A stretch of 64,000 nt of DNA, taken from contig CAWFXA010000001.1 in the NCBI GenBank assembly GCA_963819655.1, positions 96,001-160,000 on the forward strand, given 5' to 3'. The stretch comes from an uncultured Chloroflexia bacterium. Its GTDB lineage: Bacteria > Chloroflexota > Limnocylindria > Limnocylindrales > CSP1-4. The number at the start of each line of letters is the position of its first letter. Within the stretch, counting starts at the first letter, position 1. A program made the translations under genes and the position numbers. Shown here in pieces: positions 51,273 through 60,215 of this stretch. The notes beneath the pieces are model-generated. The model saw nothing but the letters and a program-made list of their open reading frames with translations, was not told the origin of the DNA and made no database searches.

Positions 51273-51764
51273 ATGCCCACGCTGAAGTCGGTCCGCCTCG
51301 AGCACCGGGGTGGCATGGCGTTCCACGCCGAGCCGTCGTCCGGCCACCCGCTCGACTTCGACGACCGGACCTCGAATACCGGCGGGAGCCCCGTCGAAAC
51401 CGTGCTGTCCGCCCTCGGGTCGTGTACTGGGATGGACGTCATCGCGATCCTGACCAAGAAACGCCAGGACGTGACCGGGTACCGGGTCGAGGTCAGCGGC
51501 ACCCAGCGCGATGAGTACCCGCAGGTCTACACGGAAGTCATCGTCACGCACGAGGTGGACGGCCGCGACCTGTCGGAGGCGGCGATCCGGCGCGCGATCG
51601 AGCTGTCAGCGCTGAAGTACTGCCCGGTCAACGCGATGGTGTCAGCGGGTGCCACCACGGTGCATCACCGCTACAAGATCCGTTCCGAGGGCGAGGTCAG
51701 CTACGCCACCGAGGGCGAGGTGATCGCGACCGGCCCGTACCGCAGACCGGACGTCGTCGGGTAG
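51273..51764 (+). CDS. OsmC/YhfA family protein
   Basis: SPVETVLSALGSCTGMDV..IL.K.RQ, LS..KYCPV. Confidence 0.88.
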   Translation: MPTLKSVRLEHRGGMAFHAEPSSGHPLDFDDRTSNTGGSPVETVLSALGSCTGMDVIAILTKKRQDVTGYRVEVSGTQRDEYPQVYTEVIVTHEVDGRDLSEAAIRRAIELSALKYCPVNAMVSAGATTVHHRYKIRSEGEVSYATEGEVIATGPYRRPDVVG

Positions 51765-51786
51765 CGACATCTGGCCCTGCGCGGGG

Positions 51787-51871
51787 CCTGTCGGCGGAGG
51801 AACCTGGGGTGCTCGCGCCGACGCTGACGCTGGCGGCGCTCCGCGCCCCAGGACCGCTCCGCCGCCACCCG
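51787..51871 (+). repeat. 85-bp palindromic repeat, left copy
   Basis: Matches the reverse complement of 52574-52658 at 82 of 85 positions by manual alignment. Confidence 0.85.
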
Positions 51872-51969
51872 TCCCACGGTCGCGCACCCCGACCGCGAGA
51901 ACCTAACGCCTACTAGTTTGATAGGACTCATATGGTATCGTCGACGTCCCCAGTCACGAGGAGCCCGAC

Positions 51970-52499
51970 ATGCCATCTGCGATCCCGAACGGTGCCACCG
52001 CGAGCCTGCCACCGGCAGGCAAGATCGACCCCCGCGGGACATCGATTCGGCGCCGGCGTCTCGGCGGTGCTGCTCATCGTGGCGGCATTGGCGAACACGC
52101 CCTGGCTTGTCGCGGTCGTCCTCGTCGTCGATCGGCGTGAGCGCGGCGTTCGGTCTCCGCTACTCGATATACGGCGCCATCTGGCGGCGGATCGTCAAGG
52201 TGGCACGCCTCGGTCCGGCCGAGCCGGAGCACGAGTATCCGCCCCGGTTCGCGCAGGTCCTCGGGAGCACGGCGCTCGTCCTGTCACTCATCGCTTTCGC
52301 CGTCGGGGCGCCGTTCGTGGGCTGGCTATTCGCCCTCGCGGTCGCCGCGCTCCAGAGCCTCCTCGCGATCACCGGCTACTGCCTCGGCTGCCGCCTGTAC
52401 TTCCTGCGCTGGTGGGTCCCCGACCTGCTGACACGCATCTGGACCGGCCGCGCCCCGACCGTGAGCCGACTCGTGACGGAGCCAATCGAGTACCGCTGA
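51970..52499 (+). CDS. DUF4395 family membrane protein, two apparent frameshifts (near 52036 and 52128)
   Basis: IDPRG(H)RFGA, EHEYPPRFAQVLG, GYCLGCRLY; GAGGAG SD. Confidence 0.75.
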
Positions 52500-52573
52500 C
52501 GCGGCCATCGCCAAATCCCAGCCAAAGTAGGGCGGCAGCGCAGTCAGGCGGGCGACCCGCGCCGAACCGTCGG

Positions 52574-52658
52574 CGGGTGGCGGCGGAGTGGTCCTGGGGC
52601 GCGGAGCGCCGCCAGCGATAGCGTCGGCGCGAGCACCCCAGGTTCCTCCGCCGACAGG
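52574..52658 (-). repeat. 85-bp palindromic repeat, right (inverted) copy
   Basis: Inverted copy of 51787-51871. Confidence 0.85.
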
Positions 52659-52684
52659 ACCCGAATTCGTTCCGACCAAGAGCG

Positions 52685-52723
52685 ATTGCATGACTATGCA
52701 GGCGTGATGTATAGTCATGCGCC
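52685..52723 (+). promoter_or_regulatory. Tandem ARG boxes overlapping the arg operon promoter
   Basis: ATTGCATGACTATGCAGG-N3-GATGTATAGTCATGCGCC; -35 TTGCAT and -10 TATAGT; argR lies in the operon. Confidence 0.85.
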
Positions 52724-52792
52724 CATGACGACGGTCCATCCGTTCCCTGCGAGCAACCCGAGCCAGCCGCCGGTGAGCGGCCACGTGCGCCA

Positions 52793-53950
52793 GTGAGCGC
52801 GGGGCTCGGATCGCCCGCGGCGATCGCGACGGACCAGTCGTCGGGGTTCCTCCCGCGCACCGAACGGGGCATCCGCCCTGACGGGGGGCCACGCCGGATC
52901 CGCGTCGGCATCATCGGTGCGACGGGCTACGTCGGTGCCGAACTCATCCGCTTGCTGTCGCGCCATCCCAACGTCGACATCGTCGGACTCGCCGGTCGCG
53001 ACCGCCAGGACGACCCGATCGGTGGCCACCACCCGCATCTCGCGCAGACCGACCTCATCGTCGGGACGCGCCTCCCGCAGGTCGACGCCGCGTTCCTCGC
53101 CCTCCCCCACGGGGCGGCCGCCAGCCTCGTCCCGGACCTCGTCGCCGACGGCACGGCGGTCATCGACCTCGGTCCCGACTTCCGCCTGCGCGATCCGGCC
53201 GACTACCCGCACTGGTATGGCTTCGAGCACCCGCGCCCCGATCTCCTCGAGCGTGCCGTGTACGGCCTGCCCGAGCTGCACCGGGCGGAGCTCACGCGGC
53301 TCGTCGACGCCGAGATCGCCATCGTCGGCTCGCCCGGCTGCTACCCGACGGCGACGTTGATCGCGCTCGCGCCGCTAGCCCGAGCCGGGCTGATCGGCGA
53401 CCTCGTGGTCGATGCCAAGAGCGGCGTCTCCGGCGCGGGCCGCGACCCGAAGCCCGAGATGATGTTCGGCGAGGTCAACGAGAGCGTGAAGGCGTACGGC
53501 CTGGGCGGCCATCGCCACGTCGCCGAGATCGAGCAGGAGCTGGGCCTGGTCGCGGCTCGGGAAGGGCTCGACCCAGGCGCCAACCCGGGCGCTATCGCGG
53601 TCGACTTCCTCCCCCATCTGATCCCGATGACGCGCGGCATCCTGTCGACCGGCCACGTCCGGCCGACCCGCCAGATCACCCAGCCCGAGCTCGACGAGCT
53701 GTATCGCGCCACCTACGCGGACGAGCCGTTCGTCACGGTCGTGCCCGCACCGCCGGCGACGAAGCACACGACCGGCAGCAACAACGTGCTGGTCCACGTC
53801 CGCCTCGACGAGCGGATCGGGCGGATCGTCGCGATCGGCGTCGAGGACAACCTGGTCAAGGGCGCCGCCGGTCAGGCGGTGCAGGCATTCAACCTGGTCC
53901 ACGGGCTGCCAGAAACGGCCGGCCTCGAGCAGCTCCCGCTGGCGCCGTAG
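52793..53950 (+). CDS. argC: N-acetyl-gamma-glutamyl-phosphate reductase
   Basis: GATGYVG.EL, FLALPHG, YGLPEL, PGCYPT, SGVSGAGR, HRH..EI, DNLVKGAAGQAVQ. Confidence 0.95.
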   Translation: MSAGLGSPAAIATDQSSGFLPRTERGIRPDGGPRRIRVGIIGATGYVGAELIRLLSRHPNVDIVGLAGRDRQDDPIGGHHPHLAQTDLIVGTRLPQVDAAFLALPHGAAASLVPDLVADGTAVIDLGPDFRLRDPADYPHWYGFEHPRPDLLERAVYGLPELHRAELTRLVDAEIAIVGSPGCYPTATLIALAPLARAGLIGDLVVDAKSGVSGAGRDPKPEMMFGEVNESVKAYGLGGHRHVAEIEQELGLVAAREGLDPGANPGAIAVDFLPHLIPMTRGILSTGHVRPTRQITQPELDELYRATYADEPFVTVVPAPPATKHTTGSNNVLVHVRLDERIGRIVAIGVEDNLVKGAAGQAVQAFNLVHGLPETAGLEQLPLAP

Positions 53951-55314
53951 ATGGCTGTCACGACGCTGGTCTCGCCACCGCTGCCATCAGTCGAGCGGCG
54001 GCCCGCCCTGCCGGCTGGGTTCGTCGCCGGCGGGACGACGGCGGGGATCAAGGCATCGGGCCGGCCGGATCTCGCGCTGATCGTGGCGACGGGCGGTCCC
54101 GCAGCAGCCGCTGCCGTCTTCACCCCGAACGCCTTCGCGGCCGCTCCCGTGAAGCGATCGCGGGCCAATCTCGCGGCCACGTCTGGCGACCGGCGCGGCG
54201 GGTTCGGGTTCGCCTCCGCGGTGATCTCGACCAGTGGCTGCGCGAACGCGGCGACCGGCGCGGCCGGTGATGCCGATCAGGATGCCGTCGGCCGGCTGGT
54301 GGCCGGAGCGTGCGGCATCGACGAACGGCACGTCCTCCACCTCTCGACCGGAATCATCGGGACGCGACTGCCGCTCGATCGCGTCGAGGCGGGGGTCGGC
54401 AACCTGTATCCCGCATTGAGCGGCGACGATGGCGGCCTCCAAGCTGCTGCCGAGGCGCTGCGGACGACCGATTCCGTCGCTCAAGGCGGCCACGACGACG
54501 CTCGTTCTACCGGCGGCGGACGGCGAGCCCGTGACCGTGACGATCACCGGGATCGCGAAGGGCGTCGGGATGATCCACCCGAACATGGCGACGATGCTGT
54601 CGGTCGTGCTGACCGACGCCGCGGCCGCGCCCGAGGTCCTGTGGAGCGTCCTGCGTCCCGCGGCTGCGCGCACATGGGATCAGCTGTCGGTCGATGGCGA
54701 TAGCAGCACAAACGACACGGTCTTCGTCCTGGCGTCGGGTGCCGCGGCCAACGCACCGCTCGCCGCAGGCAGTCACGGCGCCATGGCGTTCGAGTCGGCG
54801 TTGGAGGCCGTCGCACGCGACCTGGCCCGGCAGCAGGCAGCCGATGGCGAGGGCGCCACGATCCTCATCACGGCCTCGGTGATCGGCGCCGTGGACGACG
54901 CGGACGCTCGCGCGGTGGCCCGCGCAGTCATCTCGAGCAGCCTCGTCAAGGCAGCCGCGCACGGCAAGGACCCGAACTGGGGTCGGATCGCCGGAGCCGC
55001 CGGGAACGCGACGACGGCGTCCGCCGCCGTGCTGCGAGGCGGCCGGACTGGCCCCGGACGCGGCTGCCGCCCGCGCCTCGCAGCCCGCACAGCTCGACCC
55101 CGACCGGCTCCGTATCTCGATCGCCGGTCACCTCGTGTTCGATGGCTCGAAAAGCGGCCCGCTCGACTTCGATCGAGCGGCGGCCCGCGCGGCGATGGAT
55201 GCCCCGGAGCTGCTGATCGAGCTCGATCTCGGGCTCGGTGACGGCGTCGGCGAGGCCTTCGGCTGCGACCTGACCCAGGAATACGTCATCGAGAACAGCG
55301 AGTACACGACGTGA
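53951..55314 (+). CDS. argJ: Glutamate N-acetyltransferase/amino-acid acetyltransferase, two apparent frameshifts (near 54479 and 55034)
   Basis: SGCANAATG, STGIIG, TTD | KGVGMIHPNMATML, VDGDSSTND, DGEGAT, DPNWGRI | GCDLTQEYVIENSEYTT. Confidence 0.9.
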
Positions 55315-56096
55315 GCGAGATCCTGGTCGTCAAGCTCGGCGGCACGACGATCGCGGAGCAGTCGGGAGTCCTCGCGGACGTGGCGGCCGTGGCGCGACGG
55401 CGGCCGGTCGTGCTCGTCCATGGCGGCGGCAAGCGCATCACGGAGTGGCTCGAGCGGCTCGGCGTGCCGTCGAAGTTCGAGGGCGGGCTACGCGTCACGG
55501 ACGCCCAGTCGCTGGAGGTCGCCGCCGCCGTCCTGCGCGGCGTCGTCAACAGCGAGCTCGTGGCAGGGCTGCGCGACCTCGGCGTCGACGCGGTCGGCCT
55601 GTCCGGGGTCGACGGCGGGCTGCTGATCGCCGAGCGGATCCCGCACCTCGGCCTCGTCGCCAGCGTGACGGGCCTGCGGCGCGACCTGCTCGATGCGGTC
55701 CTCGTGTCGGGGCAGGTCCCGGTCGTCGCGCCTCTCGCACGCGATGCCGACGGGATCGTCTGCAACGTCAACGCCGACGACGCCGCCGCCGGCATCGCCG
55801 CCGGTCTCGGGGCTCGCCAGCTGGTCCTGCTCACCGACGTCGACGGAGTGCGCGACGCGGACGGCCACAAGCTCGACACGTTGACCGTCGCCGAGGCCGA
55901 CCACCTCATCGACACGGGCGTGATCGCCGGTGGCATGGTGCCCAAGATCCGGGCCGCGCTTTCCGCGCTCGGCTGGGAGGGCGCTGAGGCGATCATCGCC
56001 GACTCAGGAGCGGAGAGTGCCCTCGAGCGGGCGCTCGCCGATCCGACATTCGGCACGCGGATCACCGCCACGCGCCAGGCGGTCGGCGCGGCATGA
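55311..56096 (+). CDS. argB: Acetylglutamate kinase
   Basis: VVKLGG, VHGGG, GLRVTD, NVNAD, LTDVDGV, GGMVPK. Confidence 0.95.
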   Translation: MSEILVVKLGGTTIAEQSGVLADVAAVARRRPVVLVHGGGKRITEWLERLGVPSKFEGGLRVTDAQSLEVAAAVLRGVVNSELVAGLRDLGVDAVGLSGVDGGLLIAERIPHLGLVASVTGLRRDLLDAVLVSGQVPVVAPLARDADGIVCNVNADDAAAGIAAGLGARQLVLLTDVDGVRDADGHKLDTLTVAEADHLIDTGVIAGGMVPKIRAALSALGWEGAEAIIADSGAESALERALADPTFGTRITATRQAVGAA

Positions 56097-56623
56097 GTGG
56101 TCTGACCCCCGGCCAGGAGCTCAAGCGGCTGCGCCAGCGGGCCATCCGCCAGCTCATCGCCTCGCGGCCGGTCGGCAGCCAGCGCGAGCTGGTCGACGCA
56201 TTGATCGATCAGGGGTTCGATGTCACGCAGGCCACGGTCAGCCGCGACATCACCGAGCTCGGACTCCTCAAGGCGCCACGCACCGACGGCCACGTCTACA
56301 TGTCGCCCGAGGACGTCGCCGCTCGGCCGCCGGCGCCCGCGTCGTCGACGTCGGCCGGCGCCGACGAGCGCCTGCGGCGGATCCTCGCCGACGTCCCGGT
56401 CACGGTCGGGCGCAGCGGCCTGATCCTCGTCCTCACCGGCACCCCGGGCACCGCCAGCGTCGTCGCCCAGGCGATCGACGAATCGAGCCTGCGCGAGCAG
56501 GAGGGCACGCTGGCCGGTGACAATACGCTCCTGGTCCTGTTCGCCGATGAAGCCCGTCTGGAGCGCTGGCTCGCGCGGTTCGAGGCCATCGCCCGTTCGA
56601 TCCCGGAGGTCCCCGTCTCGTGA
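56093..56623 (+). CDS. argR: Arginine repressor
   Basis: SQREL, VTQATVSRDI.ELG, T.PG.A, GTLAGDNT. Confidence 0.92.
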   Translation: MSGLTPGQELKRLRQRAIRQLIASRPVGSQRELVDALIDQGFDVTQATVSRDITELGLLKAPRTDGHVYMSPEDVAARPPAPASSTSAGADERLRRILADVPVTVGRSGLILVLTGTPGTASVVAQAIDESSLREQEGTLAGDNTLLVLFADEARLERWLARFEAIARSIPEVPVS

Positions 56624-57903
56624 AGAAGGTCGTTCTCGCGTATTCCGGCGGTCTCGATACGTCGGTCGCCGTCGCCTGGCTCAGGGAGCAGTACGACGCC
56701 GAAGTCGTGACCCTGACGGTCGATCTCGGGGGTGGTTCGCTGCGGCCCGGCGTCGAGCGGCGAGCGATGTCGGCCGGCGCGTCACGCGCCTATGTCATCG
56801 ATGCCCGCGAGCGCTTCGTCACCGACTACGTCTGGCCGCACCTCCAGGCGAACGCGCTGTACCAAGGGGCGTATCCGCTGGCGACGGCGCTTGCGCGGCC
56901 GCTGATCGCACAGCTGCTCGTCGAGGTCGCCCGGCGCGAGGGCGCCGATGCCGTCGCCCACGGTTGCACCGGCAAGGGCAACGACCAGGTGCGGTTCGAC
57001 GTCGCGACGCACGCCCTCGACCCGGGGCTCGAGGTCGTCGCGCCGATGCGCGTCGGGATGGGGCTCACGCGCGACCAGGAGATCGACTACGCGAACGAGC
57101 GCGGCATCGAGATCCCGATCACCAAGGAGTCGCCATACTCGATCGACGTGAACCTGTGGGGTCGATCGTGTGAGACCGGTGTCCTCGAGGATCCCTGGGT
57201 CACGCCGCCGCCCGACGCCTACGAGTGGACGGTCGCGCCGTCCGATGCGCCGGATCCGGTCGAGATCGTCATCGACTTCGAGGGCGGCGTGCCCGTCGCG
57301 CTTGACGGGGAGCGGCTTGCGTCGGTCGAGCTCGTCGAGCGCCTGCACACGCTGGGTGGCGCCCACGGCATCGGCCGGATCGACCATGTCGAGGACCGGC
57401 TGGTCGGCATCAAGAGTCGCGAGATCTACGAGACGCCGGCCGCGACGATCCTGCACACGGCGCATCGCGCGCTCGAGGGGCTGACGCTGACGAAGGACAC
57501 GCTGCGGTTCGACCGGCTCGTCGCCGACGAGCTGTCGCGGCTCATCTACGACGGGTTGTGGTTCAGCGCCCTGTCGCGCGACCTGCGGGCATACGTTGCG
57601 TCGTCGCAGCGGGTGGTGTCGGGCGAGGTGCGGATGCGGCTCGATCACGGGTCCGCCGTGGTCGCCGGCCGGAAGTCCCCGCTGTCGCTGTACGACAAGA
57701 GCCTGGCCACGTACGACGAGGGCGATGCGTTCGACCACGCCAGTGCGGTCGGGTTCATCGAGATCTTCGGGTTGCCGCTGCGGGTCGAGGCGGCGCGCCA
57801 TGGCGCGGTCGGCGCGCGCTACGGGGCCGCATGGTCGTGGACCGACCCGTTGCTGGAGTCGCTCCCGACGACGGTCACCGATCCGGAGCCGGCCGCGGTT
57901 TAG
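56620..57903 (+). CDS. argG: Argininosuccinate synthase
   Basis: LAYSGGLDTS, ALARPLIA, HGCTGKGNDQVRF, YSIDVNLWGRS, GIKSREIYE. Confidence 0.95.
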   Translation: MKKVVLAYSGGLDTSVAVAWLREQYDAEVVTLTVDLGGGSLRPGVERRAMSAGASRAYVIDARERFVTDYVWPHLQANALYQGAYPLATALARPLIAQLLVEVARREGADAVAHGCTGKGNDQVRFDVATHALDPGLEVVAPMRVGMGLTRDQEIDYANERGIEIPITKESPYSIDVNLWGRSCETGVLEDPWVTPPPDAYEWTVAPSDAPDPVEIVIDFEGGVPVALDGERLASVELVERLHTLGGAHGIGRIDHVEDRLVGIKSREIYETPAATILHTAHRALEGLTLTKDTLRFDRLVADELSRLIYDGLWFSALSRDLRAYVASSQRVVSGEVRMRLDHGSAVVAGRKSPLSLYDKSLATYDEGDAFDHASAVGFIEIFGLPLRVEAARHGAVGARYGAAWSWTDPLLESLPTTVTDPEPAAV

Positions 57904-57932
57904 TCCGCTCCCGGCACCGGCGCCGCGAGCGA

Positions 57933-58052
57933 TGTTTGTGTGAGACACGCTTTCGGATGAATGGGCACGCGCCGATCTCCCAGACTGCAGTCCAGTGTCG
58001 TCTGGGCGATCGATCCCGCACGGCTGTGTGAAAGGTGTGTCTGACACAAACA
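57933..58052. repeat. 120-bp element with terminal inverted repeats (MITE-like or structured RNA)
   Basis: TGTTTGTGTGAGACAC ... GTGTCTGACACAAACA (15/16 complementary) and an inner CGATC-T-CCCAGAC/GTCTGGG-C-GATCG stem. Confidence 0.6.
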
Positions 58053-58098
58053 ATGTCGGGGTGAGCGACACCGGGCGCCCGTGCGCCATGATCGGCTC

Positions 58099-59319
58099 GT
58101 GACGACGGATCGAGCGACGACCAGCGGCAATGTCCGCGAGCTCGCGTTCCTGCACGAGATCGCCCAGCTGGCGACCCAGGCACGCGACTGGGACGAGCTC
58201 ATGCGCTCGATCGTCGACGGCACGACCGCCGCGATGGGCGTCGAAGTCTGCTCGTTCTACCTCGCCGATCACGAGCACAGCCGGCTGACGCTCGCGGCGA
58301 CCAACGGGCTCGACCGATCGCAGGTCGGCCGGGTGAGCCTGGCCTGGGGCGAGGGCATCACGGGTCGGGTCGCGGCCCACCAGCGACCGATCGCCGTCGA
58401 GGACGTGACCCGCGATGACCGCTTCGCGTGGGTCCGCGGCTTCGACATCGAGGGGCTCGCCGGGATGTTGTCGGTGCCGCTCGTGTGGCACGACGAGGTG
58501 GTCGGCGTGCTCAACGTCCAGACCCGGGCCGTCCGCCGCTTCGAGCCCGAGGAGATCGACCTCCTGCAGACCATCGCCGCGCTGCTCGCCGGCATCGTCG
58601 AGAAGGGACGCCTGACCGCCGAGGTCGAGGCCAGGCTCGCCCAGCTCACCGCGCTCGACGCCGCACGGTCGGAGCTGCTCAGCGTGGTGACCCACGAGCT
58701 GCGGACGCCGCTGTCGATCGTCCGGGTCTACGTCGATCTCCTGTCCGAGGCGGCCACGGCCACCGACGCCGGCGACTGGCGCGACGCCGCGAACGACCAG
58801 CTCGCCCGCCTCGACCGCCTCGTCGATTCGATCCTGGCGTCGGTGCGCGGCGAGGGCCTGTCCGGCCTGTCGCGGGCGCCGTTCGACGCGGTCCGTGCGG
58901 TCGATGACGTGGTCGAGACGCTCCGGCTCCTCCTTCGACCGCACCCGATCCGCTGGGAGCGACCGCCGGACCCGCTCGTGGCCGTCGGGGACGAGACGCG
59001 CTTCCGGCAGGTCCTCGAACAGCTGCTCGAGAACGAATCGAAATACGCGCCGACCGAGGAGGGCGTCAGCATCGGGATCTGGCGCCTCGGCGACGAGGTC
59101 CAGGTCTACGTCACCGACGACGGGCCGGGCGTGCCGGTCGAGGACTGGGAGAGCGTGTTCGAGCCGTTCGTCAGGCTCGAGGGGCGGGGCCGCTCACGCG
59201 GGTCGGGCATCGGCCTGTTCGCCGCGCGCAGGCTGATGACGGCGATGGGCGGCCGCGTCTTCCTCGAGTCGAATGGATATGGCGGGTCGCGGTTCGTGGT
59301 GGGTCTGCCCGCCGGCTGA
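58099..59319 (+). CDS. GAF sensor histidine kinase (orphan)
   Basis: GAF (GEGITG.VA..SVPL..VGVLNVQ), THELRTP, DDGPGV, GSGIGL. Confidence 0.88.
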   Translation: MTTDRATTSGNVRELAFLHEIAQLATQARDWDELMRSIVDGTTAAMGVEVCSFYLADHEHSRLTLAATNGLDRSQVGRVSLAWGEGITGRVAAHQRPIAVEDVTRDDRFAWVRGFDIEGLAGMLSVPLVWHDEVVGVLNVQTRAVRRFEPEEIDLLQTIAALLAGIVEKGRLTAEVEARLAQLTALDAARSELLSVVTHELRTPLSIVRVYVDLLSEAATATDAGDWRDAANDQLARLDRLVDSILASVRGEGLSGLSRAPFDAVRAVDDVVETLRLLLRPHPIRWERPPDPLVAVGDETRFRQVLEQLLENESKYAPTEEGVSIGIWRLGDEVQVYVTDDGPGVPVEDWESVFEPFVRLEGRGRSRGSGIGLFAARRLMTAMGGRVFLESNGYGGSRFVVGLPAG

Positions 59320-59378
59320 ACGGGCCGCGTCCTCCCGTTTTTGCGGCAGTGCACCGGATCACCATTGACAGCGCATCG

Positions 59379-59558
59379 ATGGAGCCGGACGCTGCGCCCA
59401 TGAGCGACCCGTTCGATGGCGCTGGCGATCCCTACAAAGGCTCGACGTACCGCGGCTGGATCCTCGTCGCGATCGTCTGCATAGTCGTGATCGTGCTGCT
59501 ATGGCTGGCCTACGGCGAGGCGCTCGACCTCCTGCCCGCCGGGAATCCCGCCAGCTAG
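59379..59558 (+). CDS. Small single-TM protein
   Basis: GWILVAIVCIVVIVLLWLAYG hydrophobic helix; start uncertain. Confidence 0.55.
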   Translation: MEPDAAPMSDPFDGAGDPYKGSTYRGWILVAIVCIVVIVLLWLAYGEALDLLPAGNPAS

Positions 59559-59779
59559 GTCGCTGCGGCCGTCTCCGGGCCGTCGTCGAGCACCCGGAAG
59601 CGCTGCAGGACCTCGATCGCATCGAGCAACTGTCGACAGAATTCGTCGCGCTCCGTCTCGGTGAGCCCGAGCCATCGAAGCGCGAATTCGCGTTCGCCAG
59701 GCTCGAACGCCGCCCAATCCTCGTCGGTCATTCCCATGTTTTCCCTCAGCCGCATCTGCCGGCCCGACCCGGCTGTCAT
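59555..59779 (-). CDS. Small hypothetical protein
   Basis: TAGGCT upstream; protein-like sequence GMTDEDWAAFEPGEREFALRWLGL. Confidence 0.5.
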   Translation of the reverse strand: MTAGSGRQMRLRENMGMTDEDWAAFEPGEREFALRWLGLTETERDEFCRQLLDAIEVLQRFRVLDDGPETAAAT

Positions 59780-59889
59780 GCGGATGCAAGCCTACCGCAA
59801 GCCCAGACGCCCGCAAGGCGTGCCGACTGTCGGGTCGAGCGTGGTGTCATTGCGCATGACCCCCGAAACCCGCCACACAGAGGAGAGTC

Positions 59890-60105
59890 ATGCTTGACCC
59901 ACAGACGCGCCAGCAGCTCCAGACGAAGTTCCAGCAGATCAAGCCGCAGCTCAAGGGACAGTTCAGCGGCTTGAGCGATCAGGACCTCGACGTGGGCCGG
60001 AGCGATCCGGACACGCTGATCGAGACGATCAGCCGCAAGACCGGCCAGGGCCGTGAGCAGGTCGAGAAGACCGTTCGCCAGCTCGTCGTTTCGACGAACA
60101 TCTAG
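59890..60105 (+). CDS. CsbD/YjbJ-like general stress protein
   Basis: FQQIK.QLK.QF.GLSDQDL....DTLI..I..KTGQ.REQVEK; GAGGAG SD. Confidence 0.75.
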   Translation: MLDPQTRQQLQTKFQQIKPQLKGQFSGLSDQDLDVGRSDPDTLIETISRKTGQGREQVEKTVRQLVVSTNI

Positions 60106-60121
60106 AGTCTGCCCGCGCCTC

Positions 60122-60157
60122 AGGAAGGGGCCTGTCCTTCGGGACCGGCCCCTTCCT
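60122..60157. terminator. Hairpin terminator between convergent genes
   Basis: AGGAAGGGGCC-T-GTCC-TTCG-GGAC-C-GGCCCCTTCCT. Confidence 0.7.
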
Positions 60158-60215
60158 CATGTCTGGCGCGCGGCTGCGCCGCCGACCCCGGGCCGGCGCG
60201 GCTGGCCGAGCCGCT

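Noticed and set aside
53951-55314. Programmed frameshifting or pseudogene status for argJ
   Set aside because: There are no slippery heptamers, the operon is otherwise intact, and the same +1 pattern occurs across the window.
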